Shown piece by piece: positions 52,860 to 64,000 of a DNA stretch of 64,000 nucleotides. Each line of letters begins with the position of its first letter. Position 1 is the stretch's first letter. The DNA is taken from positions 121,210,001 to 121,274,000 of the forward strand of contig OX597817.1 of assembly GCA_951406725.2 (NCBI GenBank). The letters are read 5' to 3'. The notes beneath the pieces are model-generated. The model worked only from the letters and a program-made list of their open reading frames with translations. It had not been told where the DNA came from and did no database searches. Source of the DNA: Octopus vulgaris (taxonomy: Eukaryota). A program made the position numbers and the translations under genes.

Positions 52860-53693
52860 GATGGACTCTTCCATTGAAGACAACGGGTGTGTTCAGCTTT
52901 TACTGAATGAGCTACACAAATGATTTGTTTATAGTGGTCAAGTGTTCGTGCTGCGCATTAGTTTCACACTTCTCCATCAGATCAATGTTTTCTTAACAGG
53001 TGTCGAAGTGATCGCAGAGAAACGCGAGATAAAGTGATTTTGCTCAAAGAACACAACGCACAGCCTGGTCTAAGAATTGAAATCATGATTGCTAGATTAC
53101 GAGTGCAACACCCTGACCACCTGAATAATAATAATAATGACCTGATGCAGTACTAGACAGTGGCTCTTTTGGCTTCTGATCATAACTGATTGGAAGTGTT
53201 ATCATGTACATTGTTTTGTCTTGGTATAAAAGATGGGCTACAGCAAATATACTGCTCAATATCACAGATTTACTTGTCAGTTGTTTGACCATAACCAGTT
53301 GAGCATGTCCCTTAGTGGCTGAAGATATGTGCATCTCTGATCACGAGCAGAAGTAGTGGGGCAGCATCATAGCCATGTGTTGAAAGGAATTCCTAGAGTT
53401 TTGGATAATTCACCTTTGGAAACATGGGTGTTTTGTTCAACATCCTTAAACAACCCTTATTCAGGGACCTTTTGAGCGGGATGTTACTCGACCAGAAGAA
53501 AATTCTAACTGAGCCCCCCCACCTGCAAGGTCATGCACTGCTTATCTTGATATGAGATTACCATGTCGCGCACATATGGTTGTGATGCATGTGCCCAGTG
53601 TACCCTTATCAGACGAGTAGTCTTGATGGGTATACTGGGCTTCGTATATTTTACCCCAGTGTCACTTTGATGGCATGCACTGCTCTCTCACTC

Positions 53694-53725
<32 letters not shown>

Positions 53726-53998
53726 CGGACTCTCCTGTCGAAGATGATGCATGATTGTTTGGCTTTTGCCAAATGAGCTGCACAAATGATTTGTTTATAG
53801 TGATCAAATGTTTGTGCTACTCTTTCCATCAAATCCAGGTTGCCTGAACAGGTGCCCGGTGTACCATGCATCAGGTGTCAAAGTGATCACAGAGCAACAT
53901 GAAATAAAGTGATCTTCCTCAAAGAACACAATGCACTACCTGGTCTAGGAATTGAAATTACAAATGCTAGATCATGAGTGCAACACCCTGACCACCCT
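52860..53998 (-). mobile_element. Two copies of a tRNA-like SINE (52860-53122, 53722-53998) flanking a ~560-bp unclassified element
   Basis: The two copies share sequence and carry tRNA-like heads on the minus strand; the middle element 53138-53695 is bounded by (AAT)n. Confidence 0.7.
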
Positions 53999-54029
53999 AG
54001 TAATAGAAGTAATAATGATAATAAAAATA

Positions 54030-54459
54030 ATAAGGATTTCAAATTTTGGCCCAAGGCCAGTAATCTTGGAGTATGGGGTAAGTCTATTACATCGACCCCA
54101 GTGCTCTACTGGTACCTATTCTAGCAACTCTGAATGGGATGAAAGGCAAAGTCAACTTTGGTGTAATTTGAACTCAGAACATAACGACAACCAAAATGGT
54201 GCTAAGCATTTTACCCAGCATGCTAATGATTCTGCCTGCTTGCAGCCTTAATGATAATAATAATAATGATGATGATGATGATGATAATAACTATAATAAT
54301 AATCATAATAATAATCCTTTCTATTATATGTTCAAGGCCTGAAATTTTGTGGCAGAAGGGCCAAGCTGATTACATTGACCCCACTGCTCAACTGGTACTC
54401 ATTTTATTGACCTTGATAGGATGAAAAACAATGTTGATCTAGGCAGAATTTGAACTCAG
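54030..54459 (-). mobile_element. Two diverged SINE C copies
   Basis: Family match. Confidence 0.7.
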
Positions 54460-54573
54460 ATCAATTTGATGATGATTATATTGATCGTTATCATCATTAT
54501 TGTCTTAATGTCTACTCTCCTATGCTTGCTTGAGTCTGATGAAAGAACAGGAAAATATACGTATATATGTAAT

Positions 54574-54994
54574 AAATTAATAAATAAAACATATGCATAT
54601 ATACATACATATATGTACGTACCTACATCTACATGTATATATACATGCATATATGGGTACAGGACACCAAAAAAACGTCAAACACAATGAGAAACGAAAA
54701 CATAAACACAAAACCAAGGAACTGGACATTTTTCTTAAACAACAAAAAAATAGAGTACAGGACAAATAACACAAGGAAAATCCCCCTTCTTCAGTCGCCA
54801 TGAAAAATGTCCAGTTCCTTGGTTTTAATAATATAATAATAATAATAAGGAAATTATTGTGTTTATGTTTTCGTTTCTCATTGTGTTCGACGTTTTTTTG
54901 GTGTCCTGTACCCATATATGCATGTATATATACATGTAAAGGTAGGTACGTACATATATGTATGTATATATGCATATGTTTTATTTATTAATTT
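54574..54994. repeat. Fold-back palindrome, ~160-bp arms
   Basis: Arms 54574-54734 and 54802-54994 (the latter with a ~30-nt AT-rich insert); same family as 3655-4040. Confidence 0.93.
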
Positions 54995-55468
54995 TTTATA
55001 TGACGGAACGCACTCATCCATTTCTAAGTAAGATTGTTCTACATATATATGTACGTCTTTATATAAAAGAAACACATGTACACATATATCTCACATATAC
55101 ATATAACACAGAACCTCAAATTATGTTAATATATAAAAAATATAATTAAGATTCTAAAGCACTAATACAAAGGATGATGATGTTTTGTTGATTAAACAAC
55201 CTGATAAAATTTATTAGTGGAATTTGGAATTAATATACAAGGGACATAACAAATAAAGAAGTATGCCATAGTTGTTTCCCTTGAACATCTTCAAATATCG
55301 TTTATCTTTCAGATGATGAATTTTATAAATAATCCTGAACATTTATTATGATTATTATTATTGCTTTTTCGATGCCGAGCTACCTTTCCCCCTTTTGGTA
55401 TCAATAGTGACAAAATTCCCGTCATATACTTGGTTTGATTAAATCGATTATTTATTTTGGAAAGAAAG

Positions 55469-55518
<50 letters not shown>

Positions 55519-55599
55519 TCGAATTTAGAAATTCTTGCTTTCTTTATGTTACTATAAATATCAAAGAGAGAGCATATCCTCTATGTAATCATTCACCCT

Positions 55600-55880
55600 T
55601 CTATAAAAAAAGGGGTTAAATTGCTTTAAACTTCTGTTCTGTCATAAAAAAGGAAGAACAGATAAATGTAATTTTAGATGACTATTTAGAAAACTGTTGA
55701 AAAGGTTGAAAGACGCAACCAAAATTTTAGGAAAATAAAAATAAGAAATAAGTGGAAATTTTACTGGTGAGTGTGTTACATTATAAGGCACAAAAAGAAA
55801 ATAACTCTCCCCAGACACAACAGAATATGCTTCAACACACGAACTCATATGAAGAATCTTGCAAACCAAATCCCAAAACG
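55600..55880. mobile_element. Dispersed repeat, longer copy of the 33982-34191 insertion
   Basis: High identity over ~190 bp. Confidence 0.8.
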
Positions 55881-58276
55881 AAATAATTTTAGATGATTAT
55901 TTATTTATTTATTTATTTGTGGAAAATCAGTGACAGGGAGAAAAGTAGAGTCCACAAAATCTTTCTTTTTCTTTCGTTTTTATTTTGTGTTATTTTTGTC
56001 AAAGATTGAAGAGTAAACCCTATGATCCTTTATTTTTTTCAGTGCCCCTAAAACTGGTAGGAGCAAGGAAAAATTGTATGCTCAAATTATGAACCGGGCT
56101 TGACAGCTTGCAGCAGAGTGAACTCTAGGACCGGTTGGGGGTAACTGAATAAATCTAGCACCCCAAAATCAAGAACATAGAGATAAGGAACAATTTGCCA
56201 CAAGGCATTGTGTAAGACACTGCAACATTTCTACCCAAACATTGATCTGGATCGGTATTTCATCTTACTTTATCAATCCAGAAAGGATGGAAAGGAAAGA
56301 AGACCTTGGCAGGATTTGAACTCGAAGGACAGAGAGCTGGAACAAATATTATCATTTTGTCCTATGCTCAAACAACTCAGTCAGTTCAAAGCCGTTTTCA
56401 GAGCCTATGAGGCTGGTGGAAGGACGTAATCCTTAGACTTGGTTTAAATACCCGCAGTGGAATGGATTCTGCAAGAAGTATTCACGATTTGATAAAAGAC
56501 ATGACAGAAATGACTAGAATTGGGGCTTGTAAGGGTATGGGTTCCATCAATACATTAGTTTTGGGATTGGCCAACTAATTAAAGGGGAAGGTGCATATAT
56601 GATGGGTTTTGTTAGTCCACATTATTCTGTAAGGAGCTTAGTGCCAGTTTCCCTGGTTGGAACACGGGTCTATTGCAGTATGACTAAGTTTTACCAGAAA
56701 TGTGAAAGGAAGTGTTTTGTTCAAGAACACAACGCATTGCCTAGTCCAGGAATTGAAACCACTGCACCATAAGCCTACACTATAGGGTTGTACCAGAACC
56801 CTGACCCCCCCACCCCCCCAAAAAAAACAGCCTTCCCTCTGATTATCTAATTCAATATTATTACTTCTTAGTGCAATATTATGAAGTTTGTGTTTCCAAA
56901 ATTTCAGTTACTGAATGTTGCTAAAAGAAATATTGTTTAGCCTTAAATTTAATATTAAGTGACTGATTGTATATATGGAAAAGATGTCAGGCTTTCACAA
57001 GCTCTTAGTTACAGTATTTGTTGGAATATAAGATTTATTCGTATTTTATGAGTATATATTTTGGGAACAAAAAAACAAAACAAAGAAATTTATGTTTCCT
57101 CATTCACTCATTGTAAGATATTTCAAAGTTGCTTTGTAGAGGAAAATGTTTGAGTCTATGCATATAAATACAATACTGTGACAGTATGGTGGAATAAAGT
57201 ATAAAACTATAATTTTATCATATATAAACAGTATTATATGGGAACTGTATTTTAGTTTTATCTTCCTTCAGATTGACTGTAGAGATGTTCATTTTGGTCA
57301 AAAAAATTGTCATACAAGATCTAAGACATATTTTTGGCTGAGATGTTTTGAGTTACTGCGATCATCCTATAAGATGGTGTACCACTGCTACCGTTCATTT
57401 GTCATTGATTTGTTGCAAATAATTGACAAGTGGATGAAAGTTAAGCATTTTTTTCTTCCAGATAACTAAAACAATATTTTGTAAAGGTAACACAGTCTTT
57501 AAATAATCTAAGACACATATCAGGTATAGGACACGTATGCTGAGGAAGGAAGTATAATGAGATAATATGATCTCATCTCATGTACTGTATGTAATTTCTT
57601 GGAAGTTTGTGCTAGCAGACTGTACTGTTTTGGCAGGTTTTCAGTATTTTATTATTAGAAAGAACTGTTGTGCCATGTGCACTTATGCATATCCAGCACT
57701 CTGGTCTACAACACACTGTTGACCATTCATAATTTCACTGCATTAGACAAAGGACAATTTTTTGCTATATTAAAAGATAGAAAAGAATGTCTTATGTGTT
57801 GTTAAATACAGTTAATGTTATGTTCTATGACACAATGAAACAAATACAGTAATTATAATGATCTATTAGTGAATAGCCCACTCAGAAATTTTATCTCTAT
57901 GGCTAATATTAAATACTCATATCAATTTTACTAACTTAAAATTATGCCTGCTCAATTAGAGTTAATCTAGAGGTGAACAATAAATGTCTTAGATTAATAC
58001 AATAAATAAATGCTTTAAGAGTATAAAACTCAGAATCTTAAAGTCTAGTCCTTCATTGTCATCATAAGTACAAATTATCAGAGACTCTAATTTAGAGAGT
58101 GATCAGTCAATGCTTCAGTTAAAATGGTCTGGAGTCAGGGCACAACATTGCTTGTTTTTCCATCTGTAACGTCATAAATACAAATGCCTTGGCATATATC
58201 AATTTACAAAAAAAAAACAAAAACATTTACCTACTTTAACAAATTGATGCAATATCTATCTATCTGTCTGTCTATA

Positions 58277-58675
58277 TAAATTTTAGGTTAGTTGAAATAT
58301 GTTTGTGACATATTTCAACTTCTAAAGGCAAATTCACAGCAGTTACCATGAAGAAAAAAATTCTCTCTTATAGTAAAATGGTATAGAACTACCATATCTC
58401 TCCAGTGCTGCCCCCTGTTTGATTCTCAGACACATTTCTAGTCTTTTAGTTAAAGTTACAGCTGTCCAGAGTTGCCTTTCTTCAGTATTTCCCATTGATA
58501 ATGACTGCAGAACTAGAAATGCATAATGGAATCTGAGAGGGAGCAGCCCGGGGGCAGGTACGGTGTTTTTACACCATTTTACCTTAAGTGAGAATCTTTT
58601 TTCTCCATGGTAGCTGCAGTGAATTTGCCTTTAGAAGTTGAAATATGTCAAACATTTTAACTAGCCTAAAGTTCA
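58277..58675. repeat. ~400-bp imperfect palindrome (fold-back or MITE-like)
   Basis: tgacatatttcaacttctaaaggcaaattcac / gtgaatttgcctttagaagttgaaatatgtca, with similarity continuing toward the centre. Confidence 0.88.
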
Positions 58676-58743
58676 CTTATGCCGGAACACTGCTTGGTTT
58701 TAATACTGCTGTAATATATATTTATACATATATATATATATTA

Positions 58744-58970
58744 AGGCAGCGAGCTGGCAGAAACGTTAGCACATTGGGCAAAATGTGTAGCTGTATTTCG
58801 TCTGTCGTTACGTTCCAAGTTCAAATTCCGCCGAGGTCGACTTTGCCTTTCATCCTTTCGGGGTCGATAAATTAAGTACCAGTTACGCACTGGGGTCGAT
58901 GTAATCGACTTAATCCCTTTGTCTGTCCTTGTTTGTCCCCTCTGTGTTTAGCCCCTTGTGGGTAGTAAAG

Positions 58971-58973
<3 letters not shown>
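58744..58973 (+). mobile_element. SINE C, young
   Basis: Family match, flanked by (TA)n. Confidence 0.9.
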
Positions 58974-59006
<33 letters not shown>

Positions 59007-59467
59007 TTATGGGTATCTGTAAAATTTTAATTTAAAAAACCCCACTTTTTCAATTGGATGAAATATTATTACTGTTTGCTTTTAAGATTTGATCAGTTAA
59101 GACTTCAAAAGTTTTCCTTGCAGCTGCTGCTTTCATAACCCTACATATTAATATTTTGCATAGTTTTGATATTATTATACAATACTTGATATGAATTAAA
59201 GATATAACAATTGGTCTACTCAACCATTTTAGCAAGGAAATAACTAAAATGTGTTATTTGCATTTAAAAGACTAATGTTGCTGGAAACATTAAGAAAGAA
59301 ATAATGAACTGAAGTATTAGGAAAATATCACATCGCAACATTGCTATAATTGATCTATATAGAATATTAAGCTATGTTACTATATGTAAATTTTGAAGTC
59401 ATTATTACCTGATGTTGGTTGATACGAAGCCCTGAAGATAATAATTTTCTAATTATGAGCAAAATAG

Positions 59468-59980
59468 CTAGTTCTAAAATCTCTAAACGAGATATGAGTA
59501 GTAGTAACAATTCGAGACGGTAATGTATTTTTGCTACTATAACATGGCTGTTCAATAAAGAACCATGTAACTACATTTTAACCCCGGGAAAACGTCTTCT
59601 CCAGCTGGTTAATGACACACAATCTGTGTTTGGCATATAGTGAGTAAGGGAGCGAATCACTCCCCTCCAGCTTGGCAAGACCAGTAGATCATGGTTTCTG
59701 GGTCTTTACTCTTCATTGGTACTGGACACCTGCCCGCTAGAGATGGCAGTCAATTGTCTCCATTCACAGTATATAAACAGAGAAGGTGCAGACAGTTGCA
59801 GATCTTGAAATAAGCAAAGTATCTAGTTCTAAAATAACACTACAACATGGCTGAAAGAATTCGTCGTGTGTAACTGAGTAACTCAGTAAGTAGTAACAAT
59901 ACTAGACGGTAATACTTTTTTTGCCACTATAACATGGCTGTTCTATAAAGAACTATGTTACCACATTTTAACTGCAGGAA
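59468..59980. repeat. Partial tandem element with ~92-bp direct repeats
   Basis: 59500-59592 is similar to 59889-59980; the continuation resembles the 61453 arm. Confidence 0.8.
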
Positions 59981-61216
59981 AGAATTTTCTAATTCTTTAT
60001 CCATTCACAAGCTTTATATCATATGACCAGTTAATATAATGTCATAAACGGAGTATTTAGATTTTTGTTCACCAGTGTGATTAAGAAGCATGTCTCCCAA
60101 TGATGTGGTCTCATGTTCAATCCTACTGTATGGTACCTTGGGCAGTGTTTTCTATGGCTCTGGTCTGACCACAGTGTTGTGAAAATATTTAGTTGACAGT
60201 GACTGAAAGAGGCCCATCGTTTGTGTGTGTGTGTGTACATATGTATGCATGATTGTATGTATATGTGGTTGTGTGTAACCTTGCTGTGAATCATATGAAA
60301 GTTGTAAATGAACATTTTAATCATACATGCAAAGTCATTTGTTTCTGGTCTCCAGTAGAAAAAAAATGTGTGGTCATGGGAAACATTATCTTGTTTGGAA
60401 ACAGGCAAGTGTTTGTGACAGGAAGAGCACCTGGTACAAAAATCTACCTCGACATCAAATGATGATAATGATATTCTAGTTGAAATATCAGTCTATCTAT
60501 ACACACATACACTTACTTCAGCAATGTAACTACACATGTGGTGTTGGTGATAAAGAAATCACCTTCTTTCGACTTTTCCCTTTCTCCTTTCCGAGGAAGA
60601 GCTATGCTCAAAACGTCAAACTCTCTCTTTTCCCCAAGCATAAAGCTAATACATACCTTGTGCTTGTCCTCATGCTCTCCATTAATTTTATTCATTTATC
60701 TGAATTGCTTGTTTATTTAGATTGACTATATATATTTACACACACACACACACACGTTTTATATATATATTTATAGGAATACATTAAATATATTGTGACT
60801 ATCTAACATCTGTTTTAGATAACATTAGATTACATATACAGATTTCCTTAGATTATGTAGAAAGTAAATTTTGTTTTCTGAGATATTTTCAATGGAAATG
60901 ATATAAGTATATTAGTAGAGCTTTATTTCATTATCTCAGGAAGAGAAAAGAGCAATTTGTCTGACAGTTGAATTTGAATTCTATAAATGGCATTTAAATT
61001 ATTTAAGATATATTAAGAAAGTGCCATCTGCTCTAGTACAAGACCTTGTGAGAAGATATGATAGATGGAAACTGAAAGAATTTGTTGTGTGTAACAGAGT
61101 AACTCAATGCCTCAGAGTATCGTGTGCAAGCATTTATCAAACTACTTCCTTGATTTGTCACTAGTTTGACTAATGCATGAAACTCTTGTTGGCCCTTGAG
61201 TAACTTTGTTACTTTT

Positions 61217-61264
<48 letters not shown>

Positions 61265-61329
61265 ATGGTATAATTATAGACGGTAAATTTTAACCATTTC
61301 TCCACAGACTGAAAAAGTGATGAACAACT

Positions 61330-61369
<40 letters not shown>

Positions 61370-61371
61370 TC

Positions 61372-61412
<41 letters not shown>

Positions 61413-61452
61413 AATAAATCTCTGGACGAGATGTAAACAGTAACCGCTCGAC

Positions 61453-61721
61453 AACGTAAAGTATAATAGCCATCTCAATATGGCTAACCACTAAGGGTGG
61501 GTGTTACTGTAGCTTTTAGCCCCAGGAGATCATCGTCTTCAGCTGGCTTTAGGCACACTATCTGTGCCCTTATGGTATATGACCTCCCTTTGCAAATACC
61601 ATAAGGGCACAGATAGTGTGCCTAAAGCCAACTGGAGACGATGATCTCCTGGGGCTAAAAGCTACAGTAACTCCCACCCTTTGTGGTTAGCCATATTGAG
61701 ATGGCTATTATACTTTACGTT
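61453..61721. repeat. Fold-back palindrome, 126-bp arms, 17-nt spacer
   Basis: The arms differ at only a few positions. Confidence 0.95.
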
Positions 61722-61787
61722 ACATATAGATAGATAGATGGATATGTAACCATGTTTTAAGTGTGTGTGTATCTGTGTGTATATATA

Positions 61788-62185
61788 CTCTTTTACTCTT
61801 ATTTGTTTCAGTCATTTGACTGCGACCATGCTGGAGCACCACCTTTAGTCAAACAAATCGACCCCAGGACTTATTCTTTGTAAGCCTAGTACTGATTCTA
61901 TCAGGCTCTATTGCCAAACTGCTAAGTTGCAGGGATGTAAACACACCGGCATCGGTTGTCAAGTGATGTTGGGAGGACAAACACAGACACACACACACCC
62001 AGACAAACATATATATATATATGATGGGCTTCTTTCAGTTTCTCTCTGTCAAATCCACTCACAAGACTTTGGTCGGCCTGAGGCTATAGTAGAAGACACT
62101 TGACCAAGGTGCCACGCAGTGGAACTGAACCCAGAACCATGTGGTTGGTAAGCAAGTTTCTTACCACACCGTCACCCCTGTGCCT
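61788..62185 (-). mobile_element. SINE A
   Basis: Family match. Confidence 0.88.
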
Positions 62186-62386
62186 ATTAAAATTTTTAAC
62201 CACATCTCTTGTAATTTCTGAAAGAGATTTGAAACAACCACCTATGAGTTGTATTGCTACTTCTCAACACCAATGCTCACTGATCCACCGAAGATATATG
62301 AAGATACAGTTCTATATCGAAGAGATGAGGAATTATGTACATTATTTACATTTGACAGACATTTGTCCTCATCTTGTTTGTTGTTA

Positions 62387-62431
62387 ACACAACGTTTCGA
62401 CTAATATACTCTCCAAGCCTTCAGCAGGTGT
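62387..62431 (-). ncRNA. Minimal hammerhead motif, left arm
   Basis: ACAC-CTGcTGA-aGGCT...AGTC-GAA-ACGT-T-GTGT, with an A6-to-C substitution. Confidence 0.7.
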
Positions 62432-62744
62432 CTTGGGGAAATTTTGAACCTGGGTTCTCATTCCTAAAGAATTTTTCAATGTTATTATTATTATTATTAT
62501 TATTCAGGTGACTGCCTGGAATCAAACTCGGAATCTTGAGGTTAGTAGCCCGTGCTCATAACCACTACGCCGCTTGCCCGCGGGCATATGGCGTAGTCGT
62601 TAAGACCGCTAGCAACAAACCCCAAGATTCCGAGTTTGATTTCAGATAGTGATCTGAATAATAATAATAATAATAATAACGATAATAATAATAGCATCGA
62701 AAAATACCTTAGGAATGAGAACCCAGGTTCGAAATTTCCCCAAC

Positions 62745-62789
62745 ACACCTGATGAAGGCTGGAGGGTATATCAGCCGAAATGTTGTGTT
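62745..62789 (+). ncRNA. Minimal hammerhead motif, right arm
   Basis: ACAC-CTGATGA-aGGCTG-gagggtatat-CAGCC-GAA-AtGT-T-GTGT, with CpG decay in stem III. Confidence 0.78.
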
Positions 62790-62824
62790 AACAACAAATA
62801 AGATGAAAACAAATATGAGGATAA

Positions 62825-63050
62825 TATGTGTGTGTGCCTTTGTGTTATGTGTATGCCCCACTCCCCGCCGACTAGTTGGAGCCAATGTTTATTTGTTTAC
62901 ACTCCCTTAGATTTAATAGTCTGGCAAAGAGGTTCGATAGAATAAATACTCGGTTTCAAAAGTAAGTACTGGGTTCGATTTCTTCGGCTAAACGTTTCAA
63001 GGTGGTGCACCAACGTGGCCGAAGTGGAGAGAGTGAAACAAGTAAAAGGT
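62825..63050 (+). mobile_element. SINE A 3' module, diverged
   Basis: Family match. Confidence 0.65.
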
Positions 63051-63466
63051 AAGACATGAAGAAAAAAAAATTATATCTGGAAAGTAGTTAATTTCATGAT
63101 AGCAAAATTCCTCGTTAATAGATCCGTAACGGAACAAATGAATATAAGGGAAATAACTCTTGTAATATTTAATGAGTAATGTCCCATGAAAATCAGGCTG
63201 TTAAGCAATTTGACTTTCATCTAACAAATTATGACGCTCTTGTGGTTTGAACTGGTGGGGTTAGTATGAGACAACAGCGTCCTTAGGACTCTATTAAGAG
63301 TTGAGGGTTGCTGTAAGGAATAAATGTATTGTGTGAGAAACATTTTTGCGATTTAAAACTATTGTATTCCCTTGCACATAAGTGTTAGTTCGCAAGATGT
63401 TACAATGTTAAAATAGATATCAAAGATATATACAATATATGAATGCATTATACATACATACACAAA

Positions 63467-63526
<60 letters not shown>

Positions 63527-64000
63527 CATACATACATATATATATATATACATATATATATATACACACAAATACATACACATATATATATATGTCCTTT
63601 ATTCCTGCAGAGGTAAGAGAGAATTTTCTTATATTCACCACCCACACACAAATCTGCCTGTAAATATTCAATAAAGCTCTACTTATCGCCGTAAACTTAC
63701 TGGCTGCTATTTCTTGCAATGATCATACTGTTTGTACATCTGCTTTATATATTTACACACACATGCAAACATTTTGAGTATACAAATATCTCTTAAAAGG
63801 GATGTGAACATCCAAGCTTTGCCGGTTTAATTTTATATATCAATGCAAAAGTTCAAGAGCCCAGTATAACTTAATAGTATCGGTGTTTATTGTTTAAATA
63901 GGTACCAATTAAGAATATTATGGAGTATAATGATTATTACAGTTCGGTACATAGGTTTATAAAAAATTGCATCTTGAAATAGCGAGTTAAATATTTCTAC

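Larger units (their letters stand above)
62361..62814. mobile_element. Spacerless palindrome of a tRNA-head/(AAT)n/hammerhead unit
   Basis: Centre tgcccg|cgggca at 62580/62581; each arm reads outward as an A/B-box tRNA-like head, (AAT)n, then a hammerhead motif. Confidence 0.88.

Noticed and set aside
55254-55265. taaagaagtatg matching the 3' part of miR-1
   Set aside because: The seed and hairpin are absent.
57272-57470. Open frame after a strong acceptor (ttttatcttccttcag)
   Set aside because: The peptide is unrecognised and the donor is weak; it cannot be supported without transcripts.
1365-63719. Most ORF-track entries (YIYIY, CVCV, HTHT and poly-I/N peptides; recurring VYQIHSQGFG peptides)
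   Set aside because: They are translations of microsatellites and SINE copies, not genes.

Overview
AT-rich eukaryotic, repeat-dominated DNA with dense (TA)n/(CA)n/(CATA)n/(AAT)n microsatellites and several tRNA-derived SINE families. The repeat complement suggests an octopus (coleoid cephalopod) genome; this is an inference from recalled repeat families. I found no recognisable host protein-coding gene, and nearly all ORF-track entries are microsatellite or SINE artefacts. Coding relics are all transposon-derived: two mariner/Tc1 N-terminal fragments, a very decayed DD34E Tc1 transposase, a CR1/L2-like RT with a 5' inversion, an RTE 3' end with three C2H2 fingers, an R4/Dong-like endonuclease scrap, and a Penelope-like element (RT + GIY-YIG). 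There are also two Helitrons, piggyBac-type MITEs and a pogo/Tigger-like element. The most interesting signal is a set of minimal Penelope-type hammerhead ribozyme motifs and at least eight fold-back palindromes, several centred at or beside a hammerhead. One is a spacerless head-to-head palindrome of a tRNA-head/(AAT)n/hammerhead unit (62361-62814), a candidate Penelope-mobilised ribozyme SINE. Coordinates were read by eye and may be off by a few bases.
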